A stretch of 50,062 nt of DNA from an uncultured Elusimicrobiaceae bacterium (GCA_964534135.1 CAZHQC010000002.1:1-50062), one strand, 5' to 3'. Shown: positions 33,476-43,645, counted from the first letter of the stretch. Program-made: numbers and translations. Notes: generated from the sequence alone by a model not told the origin.

Positions 33476-34540
33476 ATGCCATCCTTTGCTGATAACAATT
33501 TAAAATATATTCAAAAAAAATTTAAAAATATTGATTTGCCGGTTATAAAAGCCAGAATAAAAAACATACAATGGCCTGTTTGGAAAAAAGCCAAAGTATG
33601 CGAAGTAACGGTAAATTCAATATGCAATAACAGGTGTTTATTTTGCTATAACAGTGAAAAATATTTTGGTAGTGAACCTGATGCTGATTTTAAAGCAGTT
33701 TGTCGGGCCTTATATGAAGGAAGAAAGCAAGGGGCGTGGATTGCGGCTATTATCGGGGGAGAACCGTCTTTAAATAAAGATATAGGAAAGCTCGCTTCCG
33801 TCGCGAGAAAGATAGGGTATGATTGCGTTAAGATATGCACCAATGGCCTTAAACTTTCAGATAAGGCTTATACTCGACATTTGGTTGAAAGCGGTTTTAA
33901 TATGTTTGATATTTCAATACACGGGCATACTGCCAAAATACATGATACGCTTGTAAATTCAAAAGGGGCTTTTTCAAAAATAATGAAAGCTGCGGAAAAT
34001 GTAAAAGATTATTCCGCGGAACTCGGAACAAATCAAGTTATCAATAAACTTAATTATAAAAGTTTTCCTAAATTTTTTAAGTTGGCCTATGTGGATTTGG
34101 GGATAAATTATTACAATATTATCTATTCTCATTATCGCGGTATGATGTGGAAAAACAAGCAGGTGCTTAAAATTCCCATTACAAAGACCGCGCCATATAT
34201 AAAAGAAGGTTTTAAAGTAATAAAAGATTTAAAAATGCCTGTTTTTTCCAGAATGCTGGTTAATTTTCCGCCTTGCATATTTCCCGAATATCTTGATATT
34301 TTGGCTGATTGGGAATCTGAAGAGGAAGGAGCTGATTCTCTTTTGCTTCCCGGGGGTGAAATTGTAAATATGGCGGAAATGAAAAATAAACAGGCGGCAA
34401 AATCCGCATCTTGCGCGCAATGTTTTTTAAATGATAAATGTCATGGTATAGATAAAGAATACTTGGACATTTTCGGAGGAAAGGAATTTAAGCCTATAAA
34501 AAAGAAAGATATAAAAAAATATTTTAAAACGATATTTTAG
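33476..34540 (+). CDS. radical SAM protein, C-type paralog 1 (HxsC-like?)
   Basis: CNNRCLFCYN (CX3CX2C), IIGGEPSL, internal NFPPCIF, and C-terminal CAQCFLNDKCHGIDKEYLDIFG. It has a ~45-aa N-terminal extension. Confidence 0.7.
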   Translation: MPSFADNNLKYIQKKFKNIDLPVIKARIKNIQWPVWKKAKVCEVTVNSICNNRCLFCYNSEKYFGSEPDADFKAVCRALYEGRKQGAWIAAIIGGEPSLNKDIGKLASVARKIGYDCVKICTNGLKLSDKAYTRHLVESGFNMFDISIHGHTAKIHDTLVNSKGAFSKIMKAAENVKDYSAELGTNQVINKLNYKSFPKFFKLAYVDLGINYYNIIYSHYRGMMWKNKQVLKIPITKTAPYIKEGFKVIKDLKMPVFSRMLVNFPPCIFPEYLDILADWESEEEGADSLLLPGGEIVNMAEMKNKQAAKSASCAQCFLNDKCHGIDKEYLDIFGGKEFKPIKKKDIKKYFKTIF

Positions 34541-34553
34541 GTTTTTCTAGGTA

Positions 34554-35642
34554 GTGATGAATACATTTAATAAAGAAATAAATAAATTTAAAATAGCTTT
34601 AACTTCCGATTGTTGTTTGAGGTGTTCACATTGTTTTATTGATAAAGATTTGAAGGAAAAAACGAATCGTAAGATGGTGGATAGCGTATTGGATTTGTTT
34701 ATAAATTCCAAGGGGACAAAAAAGATTCTTGAAATTTATGGTGGAGAGCCTTTTTTGGAATTTGAATTATTAAAAGAAGTTGTGGCTTTGGCGCGAAAAA
34801 AAGCTTTAAAAAAAAGAAAAGAACTTTCCATATCGGTAGCTAGCAATGGAGTGCTTATTTTAAATAAACATCTTAACTACATGCTTGAAAATAATATAAG
34901 GCTTTCCATCAGTTTTTCCGGGACAAAAGAAACTCAAGATTTGGTTCGAAAATTCCCGGGTGGTGAAGGCAGTTACCTTATTATAAAAAAGAAACTTCCC
35001 AATATTTTAGCTAAACTCGGCCAAAAACTGCATATTATTTTTTGTGTTCATCCTTTAAGGAGTTCTTTTGTTTATAAGGATTTTAAGGCTCTTGTTGCTA
35101 TGGGCGTTAAAAACATAGGAATAGAGTGTGTACATGGATTTAAATGGACGGAGTCGGATTATAAGAATTTTTCAAAAGGAATGGAAAAGATAAGTTCTTA
35201 TGTAATTAAAAAAGTTAAATCAGGAGATTTTATTCTTCTAGAGTCTTTAATGGAAGCCTTTAGGGAAAAAACTTATGAAAATGATTTTTGTCCGTTTTTA
35301 AGAGATTTAGAGATGTTTCCCGATGGCACCCTATCATTATATCCATATCCTTTTGTTAAAGGTTTGGCGCAGAGGAAAAAAATATCCGTAGGCACCGCTT
35401 TAAAAGGAATTAAAAAAAAATATTCTTCTTGTTTGCCAAAATCAGGGTCTGTAAAGTGTAATAATTGTTTAGCCAAGTATTATCAGCTTTCGGGGCTTTA
35501 TGAAGGAAGTGTGGCATATAATATGAGAACGGATATAAGTGTAAAAGCTGTAAGAGATATCCTTGATATGTCCAAACAAGACGGAGTTTTGAGAGATTAT
35601 CTTAAAACCTTATTAAAACTTTTCAAAAAAGGATACACCTAA
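34554..35642 (+). CDS. radical SAM protein, X-type 1 (SPASM/twitch-like C-terminus)
   Basis: DCCLRCSHCFI, IYGGEPFLEF, and C-terminal Cys residues (FCPF...., SSCLPKSGSVKCNNCL). It is related to 42584..43645. Confidence 0.65.
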   Translation: MMNTFNKEINKFKIALTSDCCLRCSHCFIDKDLKEKTNRKMVDSVLDLFINSKGTKKILEIYGGEPFLEFELLKEVVALARKKALKKRKELSISVASNGVLILNKHLNYMLENNIRLSISFSGTKETQDLVRKFPGGEGSYLIIKKKLPNILAKLGQKLHIIFCVHPLRSSFVYKDFKALVAMGVKNIGIECVHGFKWTESDYKNFSKGMEKISSYVIKKVKSGDFILLESLMEAFREKTYENDFCPFLRDLEMFPDGTLSLYPYPFVKGLAQRKKISVGTALKGIKKKYSSCLPKSGSVKCNNCLAKYYQLSGLYEGSVAYNMRTDISVKAVRDILDMSKQDGVLRDYLKTLLKLFKKGYT

Positions 35643-35695
35643 TTCAAATAGTTTAGTGTTTGGGTAATACCTAAGTAAAGTTATAAATCGGAGCA

Positions 35696-37126
35696 ATGGA
35701 GATTCAAAATTCGATGAAAAAAGAAGTTTACCGACCTTTTATAAATTATTTCCAAAGATCTCCGCGCGGCTATTTTCTTTCAAATGATGCCGGGTATAAT
35801 ATCACTTTAACTAAAAAGCAATTTGAGAGTTTTCTAAAAGGAAATTTAAAAGACAAAAAATGCAAAAATCAATTGGTTGAAAAGGCATTTTTTAGAAACA
35901 GGCTTAATTTTGATTTATTGTCGGAAAGATTAGGTTCGTATTTGCTTAAAGATTGGAAAGGGCCGCACATACATATAATAAGCCTTACAAAAAGATGTGA
36001 TTCAAATTGTTTTTATTGCGGAGCAAATGCGACTAACAGTCTTGTGCGCAAGCATGATATGTCTCTTGAAATTGCCGAGAAAACGGTGGATTTTATTTTC
36101 AAGGTTCAATCTCAAGACTTAATGATAGAGTTTCAAGGCGGAGAACCGCTTTTAAATTTTAAAATTGTTAAATTTATTGTTAATTATGCCAAAAAGAAAA
36201 ATAAGATATTTAAAAGAAATATTCATTTTTCCATAGTGACTAATTTAATAGGCATGGATGAAAAAAAATTGGCTTTTTTAATAAAAAATAAAGTTACGGT
36301 TTGTTCTTCTTTGGACGGTCCGCAAGTTCTTCATGATAAAAACAGAAAGATATCCAAGGGGTCTGCTCATTCGATAGTGGCAAAATGGCTGAAAAAAATA
36401 AGTCTTCTTGCTAAAAAAAATACCGCTATTGAAGCGCCAAATGCCATTTGCACAATAAGCCGTTCTTCGCTTAAATATCCGGAAAAAATAGTGGATGAGT
36501 TTTTAAAATGCGGGCTCAATCGTGTGCAATTAGGGCCATTGGATCCTTTAGGCAGGGCGGCGCTTAATTGGGATAAAGTGGGCTATGATGCTAAAGAGTT
36601 TTTAAATTTTTATAAAAAGGCTTTTGATTATATTATTGAGTTGAATAAGAAGGGCATAGATATTTATGAGAAAGGGGCTTTGATGTTCGCTCGCCAGATA
36701 TTAACGGGAGAACGCCCGAGATATCAAAATTTGGATTTTATATATAGACTTGCCTACAATTATAATGGGAATATTTATGGGAGTGATGAGGCAAGAATGT
36801 TAAGCAATAGCGCCGATGAGTTTTTTCAATTGGGTAATGTTTATGAAGATTCTTTTGGAAGTCTTTTAAATAAGCCAATTAGCAGAACTCTTTTTCTCTC
36901 CGCTTTTGGTTTTTTAACTCAGCCCAAATGCGCTCGCTGCGCTTATAATCCGTATTGCCATATTATGCCGGTCTATAACTATGCGGCGCAAGGAAGTTTT
37001 TGGGGCAATATGGCTATCAATGAGAGATGCAAAATTTTTAAAGGCGTTTTTGATATAATTATAAGTAAAATGGAGGACAAAACCGTCAAAAGAATGTTTA
37101 TCAATTGGACAAAAAATTATCAGTGA
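35696..37126 (+). CDS. hxsB: HxsB-like radical SAM maturase, paralog 2 (degenerate SPASM cysteines)
   Basis: RCDSNCFYCG and IEFQGGEPLLNF. The first auxiliary-cluster block is Cys-free (YQNLDFIYRLAYNYNGNIYGSDEARM). The last block keeps only CARCAYNPYC (HIMPVYNY replaces GVCPVYNY). Confidence 0.6.
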   Translation: MEIQNSMKKEVYRPFINYFQRSPRGYFLSNDAGYNITLTKKQFESFLKGNLKDKKCKNQLVEKAFFRNRLNFDLLSERLGSYLLKDWKGPHIHIISLTKRCDSNCFYCGANATNSLVRKHDMSLEIAEKTVDFIFKVQSQDLMIEFQGGEPLLNFKIVKFIVNYAKKKNKIFKRNIHFSIVTNLIGMDEKKLAFLIKNKVTVCSSLDGPQVLHDKNRKISKGSAHSIVAKWLKKISLLAKKNTAIEAPNAICTISRSSLKYPEKIVDEFLKCGLNRVQLGPLDPLGRAALNWDKVGYDAKEFLNFYKKAFDYIIELNKKGIDIYEKGALMFARQILTGERPRYQNLDFIYRLAYNYNGNIYGSDEARMLSNSADEFFQLGNVYEDSFGSLLNKPISRTLFLSAFGFLTQPKCARCAYNPYCHIMPVYNYAAQGSFWGNMAINERCKIFKGVFDIIISKMEDKTVKRMFINWTKNYQ

Positions 37127-37141
37127 TATTGCGGCATTATA

Positions 37142-38041
37142 ATGAAAAGAATAGATATTAAAGTCGGATTTGAATGTAATAATTATTGTGATTTTTGCGC
37201 GCAGGGGAATAAAAGAGACGGCATTAAAAGGAAGTCTCTGAAAGAAATAACGGATATTCTTAAGGATGCCAGAAAAAAAGATATTTTAGGCGTAGTTTTT
37301 ACGGGTGGAGAGCCCACTATGCATCCCAATCTTATTGATGCTGTTAAGGCCGCTAAAAAAATGGGATTTTTTTCCATTCAAATTCAAACCAATGGCAGAA
37401 GATTCGCTTACTACGATTATTGTCTTGAGCTTAAGCGCGCGGGTGTTACCGAAATGGGGCCGTCTTTGCATGGCTCGAAGCCTGAAATTCATGACAAATT
37501 AACTAATGCCAAGGGAAGTTTTAAAGAAGTTGTTAAAGGCATAATAAACTGTAAAAAACTCGGTATGTATGTTTTAACAAATACCGTTATAACTTCGGAT
37601 AATTATAAAGACTTGCCCGATTTGGCCCGCTTATTGACTCATCTTAAAGTGGATCATTTTCAGTTCGCTTTTGTTCATATAATCGGAACGGCATTGAAAA
37701 ATAAAAAATGGATAGTGCCCCGGAAAAAACTGATTATGAAATATGTTCATAAAGGGCTTGATATAGGTTTAAATGCGGGAATTAATTGTTTTACTGAAGC
37801 TATACCTTATTGTTTTATGAAAGGTTATGAACAATGTGTGGCGGAAGAGGTAATTCCGGAAGGGCCGGTGGCGGATGCGGATATTTATGTTGAAAGTTAT
37901 GGCGATTATAGAAGAAATCAAGGTAAAATAAAACATAAAAAATGTAAAAAATGCCTGTATTTTGAAAAATGCGAAGGACCGTGGCGGGAATATCCGGAAA
38001 TCTATGGCTGGGACGAATTTGTGCCCATTAAAAAGCTTTAG
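37142..38041 (+). CDS. radical SAM protein, C-type paralog 2
   Basis: CNNYCDFCAQ, FTGGEPTMH, AIPYCFMKGYE, CKKCLYFEKCEGPWREYPEIYG. Confidence 0.7.
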   Translation: MKRIDIKVGFECNNYCDFCAQGNKRDGIKRKSLKEITDILKDARKKDILGVVFTGGEPTMHPNLIDAVKAAKKMGFFSIQIQTNGRRFAYYDYCLELKRAGVTEMGPSLHGSKPEIHDKLTNAKGSFKEVVKGIINCKKLGMYVLTNTVITSDNYKDLPDLARLLTHLKVDHFQFAFVHIIGTALKNKKWIVPRKKLIMKYVHKGLDIGLNAGINCFTEAIPYCFMKGYEQCVAEEVIPEGPVADADIYVESYGDYRRNQGKIKHKKCKKCLYFEKCEGPWREYPEIYGWDEFVPIKKL

Positions 38042-38059
38042 AAGTAAAAAGGCGGCAAA

Positions 38060-39478
38060 GTGAAAAAAAATAATTTATGTAATTTTAATTTCGAAAAACT
38101 TGGAAAAGATTATTTTATTTCCAATGATTTCGGCAATTGGCTGGTAATTAACGCAAGTGATTTTAATAAAATTTCAAATAATAATTTTTCCGCGAAATCA
38201 GAAATTTATCGGCATTTAAAAAAGGAAGGTTTTTTAAAGGACTACTTGGATTTTGACGGTTTATCGCGGCAGCTTAATAAACTTATGCCCTTTGCTCATA
38301 TAGGCCCGAGTTTACATATTATTGTTGTAACGCTTAAATGTAATCATGCTTGTGTTTATTGTAGAGCCATTAGCCACGAAAATAATTTTCAAAATACAAA
38401 CATGTCTTTTGCCACGGTTCAGAAAAGCGTCAATATGGCGCTTGAAAGTCCAAATCAAAATATAACGCTGGAATTTCAAGGCGGTGAAGCGCTTATAAAT
38501 TGGGCTATTGTTAAAAAGGCCATTAAATATGCCAAGGCGAAAAATAAAAAAACAAAAAAGAATCTTATTATTTCACTTGTCAGTAATTTTAGTTTAATGG
38601 ATAATGAGAAATTTAAATTTTTATCCGATGAAAATATTTCCGTATGCACTTCCTTGGATGGCCCCGGGTTTATTCATAATAAGAATAGAGTTTATCTGGG
38701 TGGCAATTCTTATGATTTGACTGTTAAATGGCTAAAGAAATTTTCTAAGAAAACGGCTACATTAAAAGGAAAAGAAGATTCCTTGCCTTCAGCTTTAATG
38801 ACAACTACAAAATATTCTTTGGCATATCCAAAAAAAATAGTGGATGAATATTATAATTTGGGTTTTGGCGGAATTTTTCTCCGGACTTTATCGCCTATCG
38901 GTTATGCCAAAGAGGTTTGGGGCGAGATTGGCTATGCTCCCGAAGAGTATCTTCGTTTTTATGAAAAAGCTATGGATTGTATTTTGAAGTTAAATAAAGA
39001 GAAGGGTAAATTTGTTGAGAGAACGGCAGCTATAATATTGCGAAAAATTTTAAAAAAAGAAGATCCCAACTATTTGGATTTGCGTTCTCCATGCGGGGCA
39101 AGCATAGGGCAGATGGCTTATAATTACAATGGAGATATTTATACATGCGATGAAGGGAGGATGGTGGCGGCAAAAGGTGATACTTCTTTCCGCATTGGAA
39201 ATGTTACCGGCAGTTCTTATAAAGATTTGATTAATTCCAATGCTTCAAAAGTATGCCTTATATCTTCCTGCCTTGAAAATCAGGTTAAATGCTTTCGTTG
39301 CGCATTTAAGCCTTTTTGCGGCGTATGTCCGGTGCATAATTATGAAACGCAAAATTCTCCCTGGGGCAATATGGCGGATAGCGATTGGTGTAAAATACAA
39401 AAAGGAATTTTTAAAATTATAGTGAAAAAACTTCAAAAAAAAGAATACAAGAAAATTTTTGAAAGTTGGTTTGAATAA
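38060..39478 (+). CDS. hxsB: HxsB-like radical SAM/SPASM maturase, paralog 3
   Basis: GTG start. KCNHACVYCR, LEFQGGEALINW, SPCGASIGQMAYNYNGDIYTCDEGRM, CFRCAFKPFCGVCPVHNY. It shares a 38-nt identical stretch with paralog 1 (39336-39373 = 31199-31236). Confidence 0.65.
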   Translation: MKKNNLCNFNFEKLGKDYFISNDFGNWLVINASDFNKISNNNFSAKSEIYRHLKKEGFLKDYLDFDGLSRQLNKLMPFAHIGPSLHIIVVTLKCNHACVYCRAISHENNFQNTNMSFATVQKSVNMALESPNQNITLEFQGGEALINWAIVKKAIKYAKAKNKKTKKNLIISLVSNFSLMDNEKFKFLSDENISVCTSLDGPGFIHNKNRVYLGGNSYDLTVKWLKKFSKKTATLKGKEDSLPSALMTTTKYSLAYPKKIVDEYYNLGFGGIFLRTLSPIGYAKEVWGEIGYAPEEYLRFYEKAMDCILKLNKEKGKFVERTAAIILRKILKKEDPNYLDLRSPCGASIGQMAYNYNGDIYTCDEGRMVAAKGDTSFRIGNVTGSSYKDLINSNASKVCLISSCLENQVKCFRCAFKPFCGVCPVHNYETQNSPWGNMADSDWCKIQKGIFKIIVKKLQKKEYKKIFESWFE

Positions 39479-40362
39479 TGCCCGATATAGCTTTTTGGAA
39501 TAAATGCAATAGCAATTGCATAATGTGCACCAATATGGATTCTTTTATTAATCAAGATTCGGCGCAATATGGCCTTAAAGAACAGATTAAAAAATTTGAG
39601 AGTTATTTATTGAGAGGCGGAACTTATTTGAAAAATCCTGAGGATGACAGTTTTCTTAATTTAACGGGCGGCGAGCCCACGCTGCATCCTAATTTTTTTA
39701 AGCTTATTGTTTATTTTAGAAGGCGTGTTCCGCTTGCAAGAATTGTTTTGCTCACCAATGGCAGAAAATTTTCAAGTTTAACTTTTACCAAGAAATTTAT
39801 GAGTGTGGCAAAACCGCCTTTTGAAATTGCCTGCGCTCTTCACGGCTCAACTCCGGCAAAGCATGACGCTGTTACAAGAGTGAAAGGAAGCTTCAAGCAG
39901 GCCTTGAAAGGCATTGAAAATATATTGAAATTATCAAAAGGGCAGAAACTGGAAATAAGAATTGTTCTCATTAAACAGAATATAAATGATTTTGAAAATA
40001 TTCTAAAGTTGTTTTTGAAAAAATTTCCCGACACCTCAAAATATAGGATTATTATCATTCATTATGAAATTGAGGGCATGTCTTTGCTAAATCATGAGAA
40101 AATATCTTTAAGTTTAAAAGAGTCTTCCGGCATTATAAATAAATCCTTTAAATTTATTGGAAAATTTAAGGATTTTAGGCTTTACCATTTTCCGTTATGC
40201 TTATTAACTGCGAGGCTTCGTAAATATGCTTGGATTACTCTGCCTATGGAAGATCGCATATATAAAAAAGAGTGCCGAAGATGTTCAGAGAGAAAGAATT
40301 GTCTGGGGCTTATGAAAACTTATTATGAGTATTTCGGTGATGATGAAATTCATGCTTTGTAA
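39478..40362 (+). CDS. radical SAM protein, C-type paralog 3
   Basis: TAATG overlap with the upstream gene. CNSNCIMCTN, LTGGEPTLH, HFPLCLL, CRRCSERKNCLGLMKTYYEYFG. Confidence 0.7.
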   Translation: MPDIAFWNKCNSNCIMCTNMDSFINQDSAQYGLKEQIKKFESYLLRGGTYLKNPEDDSFLNLTGGEPTLHPNFFKLIVYFRRRVPLARIVLLTNGRKFSSLTFTKKFMSVAKPPFEIACALHGSTPAKHDAVTRVKGSFKQALKGIENILKLSKGQKLEIRIVLIKQNINDFENILKLFLKKFPDTSKYRIIIIHYEIEGMSLLNHEKISLSLKESSGIINKSFKFIGKFKDFRLYHFPLCLLTARLRKYAWITLPMEDRIYKKECRRCSERKNCLGLMKTYYEYFGDDEIHAL

Positions 40363-40449
40363 GGCGGCGCCGTGAGGCGTGTATAAAGAAAATTGAGATT
40401 AAGAATTTTCCCCATTATTAAACTCGAAATCAATGTTGATTTTTAAATT

Positions 40450-41619
40450 ATGAACAAAATATCTTTTATAGCTTTAATTGTTTTTGCCGGTTGGTCCATA
40501 GCGGTTGTAAAAGAGGATTTTGAAATTCAAAAAATCCGTAATAAAAAAATTCTGCTTGGCATAAAATTTTTCGTTTTATTCTTTCTGGCAATGGCATATA
40601 ATACTTACTTGGGTTATACGGGCCAGGTTGACAGTTTTCTTAATATTGATTTTTACGGTCTTTGGGTTATTCATTTCGCTTGGACATTTCTTGCCGCGAT
40701 AATACTTTGGTATGGTGAGATTTGGCCCGCGGGAGACGCTAAGTTTTTTATTTTGATAAGTTCCTGTCTTCCTCTTATAAATCCTTTTATAAAAACTTTC
40801 CCGCATTATCTCTTTTTAAGTTTGCTTATAAATGTTTTTGTTGTCGCGGCTATTTTTGCTTTTATAAATTATGTGTCTGAAGGTATAAGGCAGGCAAGCC
40901 CGGGAGATTTTTTTAATGAGCAATGGCAGGCTTTGCGAAAGCGAGCAATTGCTTTATCTGAGGAAGGGGGCTTGAAAAAATTTTATATATTTTTTTACGC
41001 CATAAATATAGGTTTTATTTTTTTACTGCATCAGATATTTGCCATGGAATTAAAAAACACTTTCGGCCGTATTATATTGAGGACTGAAATAATTTATTTT
41101 ATTCTTTTCTTTTTATGGGAGAAAGTGGCGGAAAACTTTAGAAGCAAGAAATGGGTTTATATCTCTCTTGTAGCTTATGGCATCTATTTTATTAGCGGTT
41201 ATTTTCTTTTTCCTTATCGGCTTATGGATTTATTGATGATTGCTTTAATGAATGTCCTTAAATTTAGCGTTATACTTTTCGTGGGAAGATATATGTTTGA
41301 ATTTATTATGGAAAAAAAAGATACTTATTCTGTCGAAGCCGGGGAACTGATGCCTCATATGGTTTTATCTTCAAAGATGATGAGAACCTTAAGAGATAAT
41401 CCTGTTTTTGAAGGAGCTTTTGACGATTGTTTTAAAGATGGGCTTACAACCGAACAAATTGATCTTTTATCTGATTGGCTCAGTAAATTAAAAGTTGAGA
41501 AACCAAAAGTTGAAATTATAAAAGGCCGGCCTTTTGCTTTGTGGATATTTGTGGGCGCGGTTATTTTTCTTCTTTTTAATAATAATATTGTGGATATAGC
41601 GGGGATATTTAAAAAGTGA
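40450..41619 (+). CDS. polytopic membrane protein with a prepilin-peptidase (A24, TadV/CpaA-like) N-terminal domain
   Basis: First Asp context AVVKEDFEIQKIRNKKILL (compare D-l-x-x-x-x-I-P-N). Second Asp in WPAGDAKFFIL (compare G-x-G-D-x-K-L). Further TM helices and a soluble C-terminal region follow. Confidence 0.5.
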   Translation: MNKISFIALIVFAGWSIAVVKEDFEIQKIRNKKILLGIKFFVLFFLAMAYNTYLGYTGQVDSFLNIDFYGLWVIHFAWTFLAAIILWYGEIWPAGDAKFFILISSCLPLINPFIKTFPHYLFLSLLINVFVVAAIFAFINYVSEGIRQASPGDFFNEQWQALRKRAIALSEEGGLKKFYIFFYAINIGFIFLLHQIFAMELKNTFGRIILRTEIIYFILFFLWEKVAENFRSKKWVYISLVAYGIYFISGYFLFPYRLMDLLMIALMNVLKFSVILFVGRYMFEFIMEKKDTYSVEAGELMPHMVLSSKMMRTLRDNPVFEGAFDDCFKDGLTTEQIDLLSDWLSKLKVEKPKVEIIKGRPFALWIFVGAVIFLLFNNNIVDIAGIFKK

Positions 41620-42554
41620 ATAAAAAATCGTCCAAAAAAATTAAAATTGTTATTTTTACGGGTTATGCCTGCAATAATAATTGCCGGTTTTGTATAAATT
41701 CAAATAAGCGGGAACTTCTGGAAAAGACAACGGATGAATTAATTAAAGAAATTTATCTGGCTAAAAAAAAGAAAGCAGATATCATAGAAATAATAGGGGG
41801 AGAATCTACCATAAGGTCTGATTACACGCATTTGGTTTCATTCGCGAAAAAAATCGGAATTAAAGAGGTTTTAAGCGCCACAAACGGCAGGATATTTTCG
41901 GATTTTTCCGCCGCTAAAAAAATAGTGGATAGCGGTATTACGGGGCTTATATTTTCTTTGCACGGACATAATTCAAAAACCCATGATTATTTGACCAGAA
42001 GCCCGGGCAGTTTTAATGAATTGATAAAAGGAATAGAGAATTTAAAAAAGCTTGGTTTTAGAAGGATAAATGGCAATACTACTATTGTTAAGCAGAATAT
42101 GCGGTTTTTACCTGAAATAGCGGAAATATATGCCAGGTATCATGTGCGCAATGTTGAATATATTTTTGTCGATCCGACTTATGGTGGGGCTTATGATAAT
42201 TTTGAAATGTTGGTGCCAAAAATATCAAAAGCGAGTGTATATATGAAAAAAGCCATTGATATCGGTCTTGAGTATGGTTATTCACAATGGAAAGCCAGAT
42301 ATGTTCCACTTTGTTATTTCAAGGGTTATGAAAAACATATAAGTGAAATCAATGAGAGAATTCTTTTTTCTACTGAACACTGGGCTCCGGATTTTAAAAA
42401 TACGGACGCTTTAGCTTCAAGACAGCTGGTGTCAAGAAAAAAAACAATGCGTTGTAAGGGTTGTTCGTTTTATAATGCCTGTGAAGGTATATGGGTGGAA
42501 TATATTAATCATTATGGTGATAGTGAGCTTAAGCCGGTAAAGAAAATAGAGTAA
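41616..42554 (+). CDS. radical SAM protein, C-type paralog 4
   Basis: GTGA overlap with the upstream gene. CNNNCRFCIN, IIGGESTIR, YVPLCYFKGYE, CKGCSFYNACEGIWVEYINHYG. Confidence 0.7.
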   Translation: MNKKSSKKIKIVIFTGYACNNNCRFCINSNKRELLEKTTDELIKEIYLAKKKKADIIEIIGGESTIRSDYTHLVSFAKKIGIKEVLSATNGRIFSDFSAAKKIVDSGITGLIFSLHGHNSKTHDYLTRSPGSFNELIKGIENLKKLGFRRINGNTTIVKQNMRFLPEIAEIYARYHVRNVEYIFVDPTYGGAYDNFEMLVPKISKASVYMKKAIDIGLEYGYSQWKARYVPLCYFKGYEKHISEINERILFSTEHWAPDFKNTDALASRQLVSRKKTMRCKGCSFYNACEGIWVEYINHYGDSELKPVKKIE

Positions 42555-42583
42555 ATAATAAGAAGAAAGAATATAGTGAAGCC

Positions 42584-43645
42584 ATGGAGAGAGTTTTAAT
42601 GAATGCGCCGAATAATCTTGTTATATATATGAGCGGTTTATGTAATCTTAGATGCTCCTATTGCTATGTTAAAGACACCGTTTTTGAAAAGCCAATAGAG
42701 AAAAAAGTTTTACTAAGAGCTGTTTCAAAGTTTTTAAATTCTCCGGGTAAAAGCAAGAAAATAACCTTTCTTGGGGGAGAGCCTTTTCTGCATTTTAATT
42801 TGATAAAAGCTGTCATAATTTTTATAAGAAAAGAAACAAAAAACAATTTGCCTGTGCATATATTTACCAATGGTTTGTTAATTGATGAAAAAATATCTAA
42901 GTTTATAAAAGATTTCAATATTAATCTGATTGTCAGTTTAAATGAGCGGGATATGTCTGTCGGAATATTCAAAGCGAGAAGAGATATCAAAAAGATTTTT
43001 AAATATATTGAGCTTGGAAAGACAACTGTATCCTTGGTAATAAAGAAAGAAGCGGCAAATGATTTGTTTAACCATGTTTCAAGCTTGTATAAATTAGGGT
43101 TTAGGCATATTGCCTGGTCTCCGGATATAACAAAAATCTGGAATGAAAAGGAAATTTTAGCCTTGAAGCGTGAAATGCTTAGACTCCGAAGGCATTATCT
43201 CCAATTGATTAAAAAAGGGCTTGAGCTTTATGAAATTGCCAACGCGTATGAAATTATGGATAAAATTCTCAAGCGTCCCTTCATCGACGCATGTATGAGC
43301 GTGATTCTTTGTTCCGATGGAAATTTCATTCCTTGTGATAAGCTTATTGCAAGTGATAAAAATGGTGTTGAAAAGTATGCTTCATCTCAAGTGGCGGGCG
43401 GAAAGAAAAAAAATCTTTTTTTTAAAGAAGCTTTAAAATATGGCGCGGATGTAAAAAATTTAATGTGTCCCGTAGGGGCGTTCGCGTATAGTAAATATGT
43501 TTTAAAAAGCGGGGCTTCCGAGGTTAAAAGGGCGGTGAAACAGCATATAAAATTATCCGCTGTTATTGAAGAGAATTATTTTTTATTATTTAAGCAAGCC
43601 TTGAAATATTCGGCATTTAGAAAGGCGTATAATATTAATGATTAA
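42584..43645 (+). CDS. radical SAM protein, X-type 2
   Basis: CNLRCSYCYV, FLGGEPFLHF, and late Cys cluster DACMSVILCSDGNFIPCDKL ... LMCPVG. Confidence 0.65.
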   Translation: MERVLMNAPNNLVIYMSGLCNLRCSYCYVKDTVFEKPIEKKVLLRAVSKFLNSPGKSKKITFLGGEPFLHFNLIKAVIIFIRKETKNNLPVHIFTNGLLIDEKISKFIKDFNINLIVSLNERDMSVGIFKARRDIKKIFKYIELGKTTVSLVIKKEAANDLFNHVSSLYKLGFRHIAWSPDITKIWNEKEILALKREMLRLRRHYLQLIKKGLELYEIANAYEIMDKILKRPFIDACMSVILCSDGNFIPCDKLIASDKNGVEKYASSQVAGGKKKNLFFKEALKYGADVKNLMCPVGAFAYSKYVLKSGASEVKRAVKQHIKLSAVIEENYFLLFKQALKYSAFRKAYNIND

